A DNA stretch of 64,000 bases, taken from Somniosus microcephalus. Taxonomy: Eukaryota. A program made the position numbers and the translations under genes. Of this stretch, positions 40,401 to 55,400 are shown piece after piece. The notes below the pieces were generated by a model. That model did not search any database. It was not told the DNA's origin and saw nothing but the letters and a program-made list of their open reading frames with translations. The DNA is taken from NCBI GenBank assembly GCA_052327205.1, contig CM126212.1:46562001-46626000 (forward strand), in the 5' to 3' direction. Each line of letters begins with the position of its first letter. Within the stretch, counting starts at the first letter, position 1.

Positions 40401-43400
40401 TAAATAGTACAAGCAGTCTGTTCAGTAGTAACAGCAATATAGGAGTTATAGGTCAAAATGGAAGTGCCTTTTCAAGAGGAACAGAAATGGGAACGAATGA
40501 ATTATCCACTCAAACACTAGGTAGAAATCCACTGTCGGACACGCATGAATTTAAACAGGCCTGTCTTTCGTGCTTTAAAATAGGTGAGAAAAACCTATCT
40601 TGGTTACATTCTTTAAATCTTTCATCTTACTGAAATGACTATTACTTTAAATGAAGTACTTATTCGTTCATGTGTCTCCACATATATTTGAACAATAGGC
40701 TGTGCTACGTAGTTGCTCTACCAGCAGACGTGCATTTCGTAAGAACCAATGTATTCAACTGTGAATCCGCATTGGATTTCATTGAGGAATGTCTCTCTGG
40801 GAACAGTGGAGTTGTTAACATTTTTTCCACTTATGAGATGAGTGATTTCATATTTTAGATAAGTACCTGCAAATTTAACTTTGTGTACTTGAGTGAGTTA
40901 TGATGACCGTCATAACTTCGAAACACCACGGGGGCGATTTTGTCAATGGGGGCGCGTTGGAGGCGGGACTGCTGTCTTGTTGGGTTTTAGTCCCGCCTCC
41001 ATCGACTTGTGGCTAACCCACTCTATTTTCCCTTGGTTGACCTTGTTAAGCCGGCCCAGCTTCATTTTTGACAGATGAATTGTCATCGTTTAACAGCTCT
41101 GTGAAGCTGTCAAACACTGACATTCTCTGTTGTTTGAGTTCTTGTATTCAATACTCATCAAACCTCTTTTGTGAGCAGAAAGTAGATGGCTGTTGCATCA
41201 GAGAATGCAGCAGCCATCTGTCATCTCTGCTGGTGAGATACGAGAGTCTCCACACCCCCAACTGTTGAAGCCTGCAGGAAGAAACAAAGGTAAGTAAACA
41301 TTTTCTTTCACTTTTCACTTGCCTCACACACTTACCGCTCCACACTTGCACCCATCACTTACCTCCACACCGCACTTTTGGACCCCGCAGACCCACTGCT
41401 CGCCTCGGTGACCCTGGCGGGGTTTCCCGACGTCAGAAGTCCGCGCCTCCGCTGGAAAAATGGGGATAATCCTCTTAACTGCCTGTTAACACCCTGTTAA
41501 CAGGAAGTTAAGTGGCTGTAATCCCCTTCCCGCCTCCAGGATACGGGACCCGGCGCGGGTCGGGTACCCGCCTCCTGGGAAGATGGCACGGAGGCGGGTT
41601 GGGGGCGGGATGGGTACCTGCCCCCAGATTCTGCCATTTTCCCGGCAGCCCCTCCTCCCCAGGGCTGGCAAGATTGCTCCCCATGTGTAGCTTAAAAAGT
41701 TGCTGAACTCCAATTGTTCCTCCGCACTGATGGTCCCAGATGGGATCTAATGGTGATGTTGAAAATTACTTAACCATGACCATGAAAAATCTATTCCATT
41801 GCAGCTGTTGTTGTACATGAAGAGAAAAGTATATGACCAAGGTTTCTCGCAAGTAATTCTCCGAGAGGCCAGGCAGAATAAATATTGGCTTATACATATC
41901 ACGCCCTACGTCTTTGTCTATTGGCCCTGCTCCAAATGGGGGGCGACGGGCAATTTGCTCCCAGGCCTCTGTACTGTGCCTTTTTTAATAAAGCATCCTT
42001 TCCCAATGATGTGACTGTTAGTGGGGCATCAAGCACATGTTATATCATCCTATTAAAAAAGGTGTGTCCTCTCTGAAATGGCAGATAGCTTTGATTACAC
42101 ATTAATTAAGTCAGTTATGTAATTGCATAGTTTGTTATTACCACTGTTTCTTGGATTTACTTCCTAGCAACTTTTCCTTCTCTGATGCCAAGCATTCTGA
42201 TTGGGTTTTTTTTAAACCACTGACACGGGTAACACTTCTGCACTCCCTCCTTAAAATCAAATTTGTTACTTTCACAGAACTACCTTTGGCAAAAATATTT
42301 TCTTGTACAACATATCTGCATCCCTACTCAGATTAGTTAATCATTAGAAAGTTGCTTGTCTATTTTTGCCAGTGTTGAGTAATTAATTTTTTGGAAAGTG
42401 CTCAAATTCATTTGTTCCAAAGCTTTAAAAAAAAACTATTTTAACAACGTTCTGATTTCTACTTATAGTAGTTAATCAAAAGGCTAATGTATTAACAGAT
42501 ATACTTTGGAGCAAACCCAATAAGCATTGTATGATCCTGTTTTTTTTTTTTAATCGCAATAGTGCGTGCTGTAGTTTCACAGGATGTCTAACAGCATTGC
42601 AGAGTTGTGTTTCACCACATTCCTACAAGTTAGGGCTTTTTATATTATCATATAACCCCCCCAACCCCTGATAGCTCATCTAATAGCCTAACCGATGTAC
42701 AAAAACACAGGAGCGGTAGAAACTGAGCTATCCTTTTGGAAAGCAATCGCAGGATGTCTTGCTGTAAAAATGCAGAAAGTGAGAGATAATGATAGAAATA
42801 TTGCAAGATCCATTTAAAATGACTAAAGGATAATGCCAAAATAAAGCATTTTACAAGCTAAGAAAGAAAGATCCAAGTACACCTGTTAATACATTATCCT
42901 ATAGCCTTTTGAATAACTACTGTAACTAGAAATCAAAATGTTAATCTCGCAAAAAATTGATTTTTTTCTATTACACACTAAGGGACTAATGATGCTATTC
43001 ATAGTATTAATCAGATGGCCATTTATGACAAAGTGTGAAAATGTTTGCTTACTACTTCTAGTTAGGTTCAGCTAACTTAAATATTTTTAAACTATGTGTT
43101 AAATTCTCACCGTCTTTGTGCCTGATGCGTTGGCCTAATGCTGTGCTCGGGTTGCCAGTTTGCCATGTAACAGGAGCTCCACGATCAGTGGCTAAACAGC
43201 AATATTAATGAAGTAGCAGTACTGCTACTGGAAGTGAAGATGGTTTTGCCTGGTGCTTCTGACCAATGGGCCACATCCAGCAACATAAACACAATGCATG
43301 CTTGCTGCTGGAGGAAGGTTGTGTCTTCAGTCACTGATGGGCTGAGCATTTATATTTATGTCTGCTTTGTACAGGCCATTGCTGTAGTTTTCTAATTGCA

Positions 43401-46400
43401 AGCCAGTGGTATGGTTTTGTAAACACTAGACTGTACGAAACATTCCCCAAACTATTTTCAACTTTGATCTAACTGTGCAAATGTTGCTTTTTGAATGTAA
43501 AGTTTTAAAGTGGAACTAGCTGCTTTGGAACTGCCCTGCAATATTGACAGTGCTTTCTGCAACCCCAGAATAAGAAACTGGTATTACCATGTTACTTGGC
43601 TTTGTCATGAGAGGTAACATCGTTTTGAAGGAATTTATTTATTTCCACTGTTTTTAGATCCTAAAGGATTGACATACACCTACAGCGGAGATGGGGAACA
43701 TAAGTGTAAGAAGGAGATTTTAATTGGTCGATTGAAGAACTCCGATGGTAGGTCCTGGAAGAAGATCCGACCGAGACCGACAAAGAATCAGTATATGGGA
43801 CCATATTACATATGTAAAGGTGAGAAGTTATTAGAGGGAGTGAGTTTACTATGCAACTTCTGGCACAGGAAATTTTGAATTTAGTGTAGCTGATATAAGG
43901 AACCTTGGTACTTTCTCAGATATGAGTTTTGGTGCATAGTAGGTTGAATAACACTAATACTTGTGTATTAGGTGGTGGGTCTTCTGCTTGAACCACTGCA
44001 GTTTGTGTGATGAAGGTGCTCCCACAATGCTGTTAGGTAGGGGATTTCTAGGATTTTGATCCAACAACAATGATGGAATGACGATATATGCCCATGTGTG
44101 TGATGGTGTCTGATTTGGAGGAGAACTTGGATATGATGCTCTTGCCATGCATCTGCTGCTCTTGTCTTTCTAGGTAGTGTAGGTCGTGGATTTGGGAGGT
44201 GCTGCTGAATAAACCTTTGCAGCCAAGGTATGCTGGTGGTGGAGGGGGTGGATGTTTAGGCTAGGGGAATGGTGTTGAACATCTTGTGTATTGTTTTAGT
44301 TGCACCCTTCCAGGCAAATATGGAGTATTCTATCACACTCCTGACTTGTGCCTTGTAGGTGGTGGAGAGGCTTTGGGGAGTTGGGAGGTACAGAATACCC
44401 AGCCTCTAGTAGCCACGACATTTATGTGGCTGGTCCAGTTGAGTTTCTAGCCAAAGGTGACCCTTAACTTGCCGATGGTAATGCCATTGAATGTCATAGG
44501 GAGGTGGTTAGGCTCTCTCTTGTTGGAGATAGTCATTTCACATGTGTGGTGCCAACTAGGGACTTGTGTATTTTCTTTATCCACTGATGCTGTTTGACTC
44601 CCTTCAGCTAACAAGGCTAGCGTGCCTCAACTCTGGATCTCTATGACTACCTTCAATGCAAGGTGAACATCCACAGGTAGTACAATTCTGATGGGTTGGG
44701 TTCTGTCCGTTTTATTGCCTCTCTGCCTTCTGTGGAATACTTTGCAGCTGATTAAACTTTCCCAGCCAAAGCACATTAAAATAGGAACTCTAGAACTTGA
44801 AGTATGAAAAAATCATTTGGAGCAAAGTCAATTCTTGACATATCTAGCTACCCAGCAGTAGGAAGAGTTTATCAGTTTTATTCTTACATTTGATATCAAG
44901 CTCACGGACAGGTTTTCTCACTCAGCAGCTGTTGAACAGCTTATTGTACCAAATGGCAATAATTAGTTATAATTAGCACATCGCCTGAATATATTTTATA
45001 ATTCATGTGGGACCTACTAATGATCATAGTCTGTTAGTGTACTGTTTATTTAAAAAAAAAAAGGGGATGCTCATGATTTTGAGCATGATGGTTGCTGAGC
45101 ACAAAAAGCCGAGAAAATTTGTGATGGGTTATAAAGGAAAGTTCAGAGCTTTTCCCATGCCCTAATGAGTTGTAGCAGCCCTGGTTCAGCAGGTGATGGC
45201 GACTGAATATAAAGGATAAGAATTACAGGTAAAGGAAGATACGCTCAGAAAGCAAATATTGCAGGCAGGAGAAGTGGTATGTTAAGCCAGTGTTCTTCAC
45301 AGACTTTTTAGTTGCTACAGAATTTTAAGTTGCAGCTACAGCCGCTTTTGTATTTCTAGCATAAATGTTGAATTCTGGATTGTGCACCAACAGCTTTTGC
45401 GATGCTGTTTGATCATCTGGAGGGCCAATAAACTGCTTACATTTTGAGAGGATATATTCTATGGCATTGAGTTGACTTGGCCAACCTCAACCAGTCGAGT
45501 GGTCTTAATGACTTTGAACTATATTAAGTTCAAGGAAGTGATGGGTATTCTCTGGAACCTGCCAATCAGGGCTAAATTATTTTATTACTGGACATGCATT
45601 ATTTGTAGACCAGTGGCTGTGGCAAGAAGGGTTTTCTCCCATGTTTCCATCCACTTCTGATCCTGTCCATTTGGTAGCCATCAGGTGCTTAGGTGCTATT
45701 CTCTGGAAGTCCCTCACTAAACCCCTCCATCTCCTGCTTCTCCTTTCCAACCCTCCTTAAAACCCAGCTTTTTGACTAAGCTTTTGGTCACTCTTCCTAA
45801 TCTTTCCTTTTTTTGGCTCAGTGTCCATTTTTCTTCACACCTGTGTGAAGCATCTCAACACTTTTATCTGTGTTGAAGACACTGTATAAATGCATGTCCT
45901 GGTCCTTGTCCAACATCCACGGAGATGCATTTTCTAACATGCATCACTGGACAATAATCACAGTTGGCCAGTTTGCTCTGATGCCAAATTGGTAAACTGA
46001 GAGAGAGTTCTTTTTGTTGAATTTTAGCACAAACAACAATGAAGTGTGAAGTTGTTTGACTTTGATCCCTTTTTGAGTACAAACCACCTGTCTGCTGTTT
46101 TCACCCAAATAGGATAGTTTGAAGTTAATTTTGCATTTGTATCTCTGAGTCAATGTATTTACGTGTATCGCATTGTTATGTCGATCAGCACCATGAAGAT
46201 CAAGAATTTTAATCTCTTCTCTTTTTAGCCAATGCTTGAACATATATTTTATTAAACCAGGCTGAGCCAATCCCCGGCCACATTCTATGATCTGCTGCTT
46301 CGAACCCAGATGAAGTCTAGCTATTTTGGCCAGTAAATGGGGTCCCTGGCAACACATTTGTTGTAAATTGAGTTAAAGTTGATTGATATATATTCACTTA

Positions 46401-49400
46401 CTTGTATCTCATCAAGACACAAGTGGTATTTATATTTTGCTCTGTATTGGGCTTCAAGCTCTAGGTTATTTGGGCTGCAAAAAAGCCTTGCATTTATTAA
46501 TCAAAAATATATGCATGGAAGATTTAAGACATTTTGTTTCATTTTTAGATGTTGCTGCAGGAGAAGAGTGTAGATATCCTGGTCATTGCACATTTGCATA
46601 TTGCCAAGAAGAGATAGATGTATGGTCCCTAGAACGCAAAGGAGCATTTAATCGTGAGCTGTTGTTTGATCCTTTTGGAAGTATCGGGAAGGTTAATTTA
46701 ACTGTAGCCAAAATTCTACAAGAACATCATGGCATATTTATGTTTCTCTGTGAGGTAAGTTAGATATGTTTTATTTTTAATTAATCACACCATTATTTTA
46801 TTTATTTTATTTGGCACGTTGATGCAGGCACCAGACATGGAGAGAGAAAAAGGATCTAACTTGGCGGGGGGGGAGGGGGGGAGGAGGAGAAGAGAGAAAT
46901 ATTGTTTCCCAAAAAGTGTTTGTGAAGGAACCCAGTGAAAAGGTTTTTGATTTTCTAACTTGGGCAGAGAGAGAAAGTGAAGAGTCCATTTGTAAATCTT
47001 TGATATTTGTGGAAAAAGTTGGTTTTATTGTTGCTTTTTCTTTTACGTTTCCTTTGCCACCTAGTATCTTTATTTATATTCCTTCAGTTCTCCACCTTGG
47101 AGATGAAAGTGTTGCAGCACTTTCCCTGCTACTTATTTTTGCAGTCTCCCAGCAGTGCTTTTGAAAGTGACTGGTGCATACTTGAGAAATAAGCTGTGAA
47201 ACAGCTGAGCAATTGAGCTGTGGAGAATTGGTATGGAGCTGCTCATAGTTCATAACATTTCCTGCAATCTTCTCTGCATTCCTAAGTCTCCGTTGAGTTT
47301 GATAGCTGACACCCATGATTAGAATTAGTGAGCTGACTATAGCTGAACGTATGGACTCTACTCAAACACCTATAAAAATTGAAGACGGTGAGGTAAATAA
47401 TATCAATTTTCTCTGATCTTTGCCTTTTTCTTGAGGTAAATAGAAAGGCCAAATATGGTTCCTGAATATCTTGGTGCATTGAGTTGCTCTGTGGTATGAC
47501 ACTGAGCTGTACAGACTGGCATGGCCCCACCGTTAAATGCTGATCTTAGCTAAGGCAGTTTTCGGGATTTATATTTGGCATTACTGCAAGCTGCAGAATT
47601 GCTAAGAGTGTTTCTGAGCAGCTGTTCTTGAACTGGTACATTTTGAAACAAAGTTAAACTCATAGTCGCAATCAGGACTCATCGTTGCAATTAGGGCACC
47701 ATTTAAAAGGAATGATTCATATTTTAATTCTATCTTAATGTCTTTGTTAAATGTTTGCTGAGTTTTTGTGTTGTCATTTTTTGCTGACTTTTACTTTGTA
47801 AATAAAAAGGCAGAAATAGAAGGTTAATGTCAATTATGTGCAACAGTTTGACCTGTATATACTATGTGCTACAAGGTGAGTTCCAAGATCAATATTAATT
47901 ATGGAACCATTTATCGTGTGTTATTTCATTTCAGATATGTTTTGATAACAAGCCCAGAATGATACACAAAAACAATAAGGATAACCAAGCCTACTGTTCC
48001 AATCCAGATGCCAAGCATTTATTTGAGCAGAACAAGTAAGTACATTCAGTGCTAGTACTGTAGGACATCATTACTAGGGCTGTAACAAACCCATCTTTTT
48101 GGACTTTCAAGACTTTGGATGTATTCTGTGTTTGCTGTTGAGGACTGATGTGTTCTTCAGCCATGGAATACTTGATTATATTTATTCCCATAACCTTCAA
48201 CTCCATACCTTGCCAAAAATGTGTCCATTTCTTTTTTGGAGTTAATTGATATTGCATTAAATACGTTGCTGTGTTGGGATACATCGTGGAAAGTTGCAAT
48301 GTCTGTGTAACTAATTTTAAAAATGAATAGTGGGATTTGGAGGAAACTATTTGCCTTACAGACTAGAACCAATTTCCAAATTGTCACCTCATTTCTATTG
48401 AGCAAGCAGGGAAATGTCAATCAAAAGTGAATCCACTCAGCCTATAAGCCCATACATGCCAAACTAGTTTGAAAACAGTCCTAAATGTTTGCTTTGAAAT
48501 TGCAGTGGGGCATGAATTTTACATAACTTAAACTGCAGATATACCCGACATTCCTTCATTTGCATAGCAATCGATTTTGGCAAAAATTGCAAGGATTTTC
48601 TTTAATTTGTTGTGAACTACTGTAGATATGTATTGGTACTCTGTTATTATCTCTGATCAATTGTTTTAAAATAGTTTATACAATATCACAGTGACATGGA
48701 GGCAGTATCCTACCTGTTCAGTTTATGTGCCAATATCCTCCTTCACCTCTTCCTTCAAGTTCACGCCTACACCCTCCTGCCATACTTTCCCAGTTTACAC
48801 TGGCCAGTCACCCTTTCAAATTCATGCTGTCACTCTTCTCTTGGCTCTCATTCCTTGGTTTATTGTGACTCTCTTCACCATCTCCCCCTGCCCCCCCCAT
48901 CCCTTGTAGTTCATGCTGCCACTCTGCTGCTTCTCCAGTTCATGCTAATACTCTTTTCACCCCCCCCCCCCACCCAGTTTACACTGACTCTCTTTTTCCA
49001 CCAGCCTTCTCTTTTCATTCGTCCTGTTTTTTTTAAGATAAGCTGCTGTAACCGACCCTTTTGCCAATGGTTGTTGAATATTTTGGCTATATGTGTTCCT
49101 TTCGCCCCATGTCTGAGCTATATGGGGGTATATATGAGCTATATAAACTTGATGTGTCAGCTGGCCATTGTTAGTAGGCCAAAAATGGGAACCTGATTTC
49201 ATAGAATTTCAATTAAATCATTTTTTCTTACTGAGCTATTTTCTATAGTGCCTTGCCTTACATTGACTGGGTTGGAGAGTCCGCCTGTGGGATATATTGT
49301 CTGAATACAATTAGAATTGTAGAGTTTACCTATGTCTAGGAACACTGCTATGGGAAGGCCCGGAAATCAGTGTGCTAGTTCTGGCTCAGTCGTGCATTTT

Positions 49401-52400
49401 AGACTTCATTTTTTTTTGCCAGTAAGCCTGGATCTTTGTGCATGAACAGAAAATGTGAAAGATGACAGGGCAAATATTATGTATGAACTGTGACAAGTCT
49501 ACATAATTTAAAAGCTTGCAGCTCTCTCAAAATGACAATGGTACTGACACTACACTAACTGAAGCTTGTAAGCTGAGTGGATTTACTTTTGTCTGAGTTT
49601 TTTCTACTTGCTCAGTAGAATTCCTAAGAGTATAACATGGCTTGTATACAGTTTCTTGTTACCCGATTTGTTTTTTTTAAATAGGTGCCTCGTTCACATT
49701 CTTCGAGAGACAACAGTGAAATACTCTAAAATCCGACCTATCGACAGTACCAGACTGCTTGACCTCTGCCGCCATGAAGTGCGCTTTGGTTGTAATAGAG
49801 AGGATGAGTGTTTCTATGCACACAGTCTGATAGAACTGAAAGCCTGGATGATGCAACTCGACACACGTAGGTCCCATAACACGAGTTTTTTTTTCTTTTG
49901 GGAGCCTGCCTTTTTTGTGTACAGAGGTTATTAACTAAAATAAAGATGCAACAAACTAGGAAATAAGAATAGGCCATTCCATTCACCCTGTGTAGCTCAG
50001 CCTGCCAAAAGTTCAGCATCCATTCTGACTATTTTTATTTTCCTTTTATCTCCGCACCAAGCCTCTATTGCCTGAATCTGGAGTTTGTCAAGTTTCTTTT
50101 TTCAGCAAAGTCCACATTCACTGTGCTGGGTGATGGCCCATTTCACTGAGCTTTTGTGATATGAATCCTTTGAGGTTGTAAGCCGAATAATTTTGAAAGC
50201 GTTTCACTGCTGAAGAGAATGGTATTTCCTCTTTCTACTCGTCCTTGTCAGCAACATCTTAAAGCAGCACAGTTGAGATCAGAAGCTCGCTGTGCAGGGA
50301 CTCATGGGGCAAACCTATGTTCAGGCAGATGGATGAGCAACACTCGGGATTATTTTTGGGATGTGTTGGGAGGATGCAGAGTGAGGATTGGTTACAAGAT
50401 TTCAAATCCTCCCCCTCCCCTCACCAAATGTGCAGTGTTGCCATATTTTCACTTAGTTCGTTAAGAAATACTGGTGTCATTGAGGTATCAATCATCATCT
50501 TAATAAGCCCTGTGATTTATTATACTAATTAATTTATATAGGAGTAAAAGTGCATTATTTTTCATTGTGAAGCATTTTGAAACGTTTTGCATTGAAAATT
50601 GCTGTATAAATTCAAGTATGATTATTCCTGTCCTCTGCCACTGTTTACAGCCTTGGTGTAATTAAAACTGCTGCCTCCACCACAGTCCTATGATGCTAAG
50701 CTATGCAGCAAAACTCAGCAATCATAATGGCTCCATTAAGGGAAGTATTATAGGAATGGAAAAAACAAACTTCCAACAGCAAAATGAAGAATAAAAAGGT
50801 TTTGGACTAATAAACACTCAGGGTTTGAATGACATTCATGTTTGAAAGCATCTGAAGTGTGTTACAGCCAAGTATGATTCAATAATATGTTAACCAAAAT
50901 AACATTTACCGTAACTGCTTAAGTTTGATAAAGGAATTCATATGTGTCTATAATTGTTTAAATAAGGTATATAAGTCCCCTATTGAAAGATTTGAGTGTG
51001 TGGCTGTTATAAACATGATTTTTAAAAGAGAGTTTAGTGGACAGATTTGGAAATTGTGCTAAAATCAGATGTGAAATGTTTTATCTATTTTCCTAATCCT
51101 GTTTTTTTTAAGATGAGAATTATTTCAGTGCATATGTATTTTTATATATATCTGTCTTTAAATGTTGAAACTTTATTTTATTTTTTTATTGCCAGATATC
51201 GCTCATGAAACAATTACTCAGGAATCAAAAAAGTATTGGCAGAACATGGAAGCTAGTGCTCAGACAGGACAGGTAAACATCTTCTCTAAATATGTTTATG
51301 AATGTAATTCAGAATAGGTTGTTGTCTCTGTCTGCAAATGTGTTAATAGTGTATTGCTTGTTAGTGCATTCCATTCTGAGAAAACTCCTCAAGTACTGAT
51401 TCGTGTAAGTGCTTAATAAACTGATTTAAGTTCCAGAAATGCATTTGCTGATGTTCTAGAGGCTGTTCTGATTATCTATGCCCTGACAACAGCTGATTGT
51501 TACCAGGAGAGTGGGAAGTTATTTGGAAGATATGTTCTCTCTCTTTCGTTGGGAGTTTTGCAGTGCAGGGAATAACTGAGCACTCCCAGCATGTATTGCA
51601 AACTTCACTGCCTTCTTTTTCTTCTTCTTAGGCAGTCCCTCAGAACCGAGGATGACTTGCTTCCACATTAAAAATGAGTTCTCAGGTGACTGATGAGTCC
51701 AATGTGGGACCTATAGTCTCTGTCACAGGTGGGGCAGACGGTGGTTGAAGGGGCAGGTGTGTGTGGTGCTTGGGTTGACGTGCGCTGCTTGCGCTTGGCT
51801 TCCGCTTGCTCCCGGCGAAGAGACTTCAGGTGTTCGGCGCCTTCCCGGATGCTTCTCCTCCACTTTGTACGGTCTTGGGCCAGGGATTCTCGGGTGTCAG
51901 TGGGGATGCTGCACCTTTTCAAGGAAGCTTTGAGGGTGTCCTTAAAGCGTTTCCTCTGCCCAACTGGGCGCTCTTGCCGCGTTGGAGCTCCGAGTAGAGT
52001 GCTTGTTTTGGGAGTCTCATATCAGGCCTGCGGACGATGTGACCCATCCATCGGAGTTGATCGAGCGTGGTCAAAGCTTCGATGCTGGGGATGTTGGCCT
52101 GAGCGAGAACACTGACGTTGGTGCGCCTATCCTGTCAATAGATTTGCAGGATCTTGTGGAGGCAGCGTTAGTGGTACCTCTCCAGTGCTTTGAGGTGCCT
52201 GCTGTACATGGTCCATGTCTCTGAGGCATATAGCAGGGTGGGTATCACTGCTGCTCTAGACCATGAGCTTAGTGCCGGGTTTGAGGTCCTGGTCTTCAAA
52301 CACTCTCTTCCTCAGGCGACCGAAGGCTGCACTGGCACACTGAAGACAGTGTTGGACTTTATCATCGACGTCTGCCCTTGTTGAAGGTAGGCTCCCAAGG

Positions 52401-55400
52401 TATGGAAAGTGGTCCATGTTGTCCAAGGCCTTGTCATGGATTTTGATAATCGGGGGACAGTACTGTGTGGCGGGGGCAGGTTGGTAGAGGACCTTTGTCT
52501 TACGGATGTTTAGTGTAAGGCCCATGCTCTCGTACGCTTTGGTGAAGGTGTTAATGATGATTTGGAGTTCAACCTCCGAGTGTGTGCAGACGCAAGCGTC
52601 GTCTGCATACTGTAATTCGACGACAGAGGATGGGACGACCTTGGAGGCGACGGAGGTTGAATAGTTTCCGTTTGTTCTGTAGATTAGCTCCACTCCAGCG
52701 GGTAGCTTACTGAGGGTGAGATGGAGCATTGCAGCAAGGAAGATCAAGAAGAGCGTTGGTGCAATGACAGCCTTGCTTGACCCCAGTCCGTTTGTGAATT
52801 GGGTCTATGGTGGAACCATTGGTCAGGATCACGGCTTGCATGTCGTCGTGAAGCAGGCGGAGGATGGTGACAAACTTTTGAGGGCAGACTAATTTGAGGA
52901 GGACACGCCATAATCCCTCACGGTTGACAGTGTTGAAGGCCTTTGTGAGATCAAAGAAGGCCATGTACAGCCTTCACTGTGCCATAGGATCATTGGTTGA
53001 CAAATTAGTTTAGTGCTGAAATTCATTAAGTATTACTAGACATTAATTTTCCAGAGGTGAATTTAGAAATTCAAATTGACTTGAGTATTGTTAGTGTTAT
53101 TTAAAAATGGAGAATAAAATACTTGCATCATTTTCACTTTATTGGATGGAATATTGTGATTAAAAACCAGTGAAGAACAGACCTGTTCTATGTCAAATAT
53201 GCCAAAATTTGATCGGGATTCGCAGATTGAATTGCTTGTCTAGCTTAGAATATTGTGCCTAACTCCAGGTGTGTGTGTGGTGTGTATGTGTGTTATATTT
53301 CTATGGTGTTCCACATGGGGGAAATCGAACAGAAGGCAAGAGATAATTGGACCCGGGCGCCCAAACATAATTCAATCCCAACTTTTTAAGTCATATAGTC
53401 TGTCTTTATTTTTTTACATTTCCATGGTAAATTCTTGTGTCCACATTCACAATCAAAACTGCCTATATAAACTTGTCGCACTTTGATTTGACCACGGTGC
53501 TGTAGACGGTTTGTCATCTTATTTTTACTCTAGAAATTTTAGGCAAATAGAAGAGGGTGTTACTGGATTTTAGGGGCTTTATCACAAGCTATTTTTGTAA
53601 ACCACTTAACTTTCAATTCCATCTCGCATGCAAAAGTGATCATTTCCATCTTGTGACCTGTTTATCTCCCTTTCTCTCCGAAACACTTGCTTTTGATCCA
53701 AGATGTGCTCTGTACAAAGCCAATGAAAAGCAGATTTAAATTGAGCTGGACAAATGCTGAGTAAACTGCACCATTCAACATTGAAGAAACACTCTTGTCT
53801 ATAAATTCAAATGTCTGCATTCTATCTTTCAACCCCACATCAACATGTTATAATTATTGTACTAATTTACCCAGTTGGAATGCCCATTGTTGTAAGCCAG
53901 GTTCTTTGGAATTTCTGAAAAAGCAGGAGCCTGTAAACTGCTGTTCACCAGTACTCCATTTCCACTGGTTATTCTGTTAAGTCAGTCTGACCTAAGAATT
54001 CCAGGTAGTGTTTGCACTGTTGCAGACCTTGAACTTCTGAAATTTAGCTATGTACTGGTGTTCTGGAAGCACGTGATGTTCAAGCGCTTGTTCCAGTATC
54101 AGACCAGGTATCTTTGTGTACTGCATTAATACTAGTGTAATACCCACAAGAGGCTGTTTACACGTGGCATTCATGTTGTCAAATCACTTGGGGGCAAAGT
54201 GAACTGGGTGTCAGAAGTGTTCTGTTGGTGGTAATCATGACTCACTTCCTATTATTCTGGCGTGGTAGTAAAATCATTCTCTCTACGTAGGGCTGGAGCA
54301 ACTACCAACCAACGCCAGCAGTCAAAATTCTTTTAGAATTGTATCACATGGTTTGCTACAATCGAGGCCATACTTTTACACTTTGAATCGGGCAATAATG
54401 GAATTTAAAACTTGCCCTTTGAGAATGAGAAACGGTTATAAATCTATTCATATCTACTGAAACCAATTGCGACAACTGAAAATGATTTCCACCTCCTACT
54501 GGATATGTTTCTTAATATGTTAATAGAATGATAGAAATTTCAGCCCATCCATCACTTTTTGCCGAATGCTAGCCCAACGTTGAAGATACCTACACGAACC
54601 CCATTTTCCTTCTCTTTATCGTACTCTTTTTAATATTTTTCTTCTAATGCATATCTAATTCCTTCCTAAATATAATTAAGACTAAATATCAGCAATTATT
54701 CAGTTGCTGTACTGTTGCATAGTTTAGCAGCTCATGATTTTGTATCTACTGCAGCAACTAATTAGTCATAAAATTAGCCACAAAGTGTTCTGGCAGGTGA
54801 CTTAGAGGGAATAAAATCCTGTTTTTGTCCCTGTATAGGTGTTGCTGGTCATGCACCTCTTGTAATTGGTGGGTAGCTTACCTGTTGATGGACCTTTACA
54901 AGTGCATATTCTGCAACCAGCTGTACATGCTGAAGACGGTCCCTATGAATCCTTCCTTCATAGAGGAGACACTTGCCCTGTACTTAGATGTGCTGCTATA
55001 GCAAGACACCAAGATCAGGAACTGAATGGGGATGGAACCAGTGTGACTGACTCCACTCTGACACTGGTTTAGTGTGCTTAGTGATTCTTTGTGATACTTT
55101 AGACAACTGAACAAAATACTTCTTGAACAGTATAAATCAGGGTTGGTTTGCATAGCATAGTAACCTATTTTACCTTAACCAGGTATCTAGCTATAAATGC
55201 CATTCTATCAATGAAATGCATATATTTCAAGTGAAACTATAGGTAATGCATGTACCTCTAACATGCGTGTGTGTCTCAAATTAATGGGAAAGAAATAATC
55301 ACAATTTCTCAATAACCAGAAGCCATTACAGTAATATTTTTCCAGTATATTGGAAAAGTATACCTCTGGTGAAAGATGGTATTGCAATTCAAAATCCTGC

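Noticed and set aside
54839-54868. Possible extra small exon (ctgtatag|GTGTTGCTGG...ATTG|gtgggt)
   Set aside because: After phase-0 exon O it reads into TAA; O joins P directly in frame and matches human length. Could only be a poison exon, with no support.
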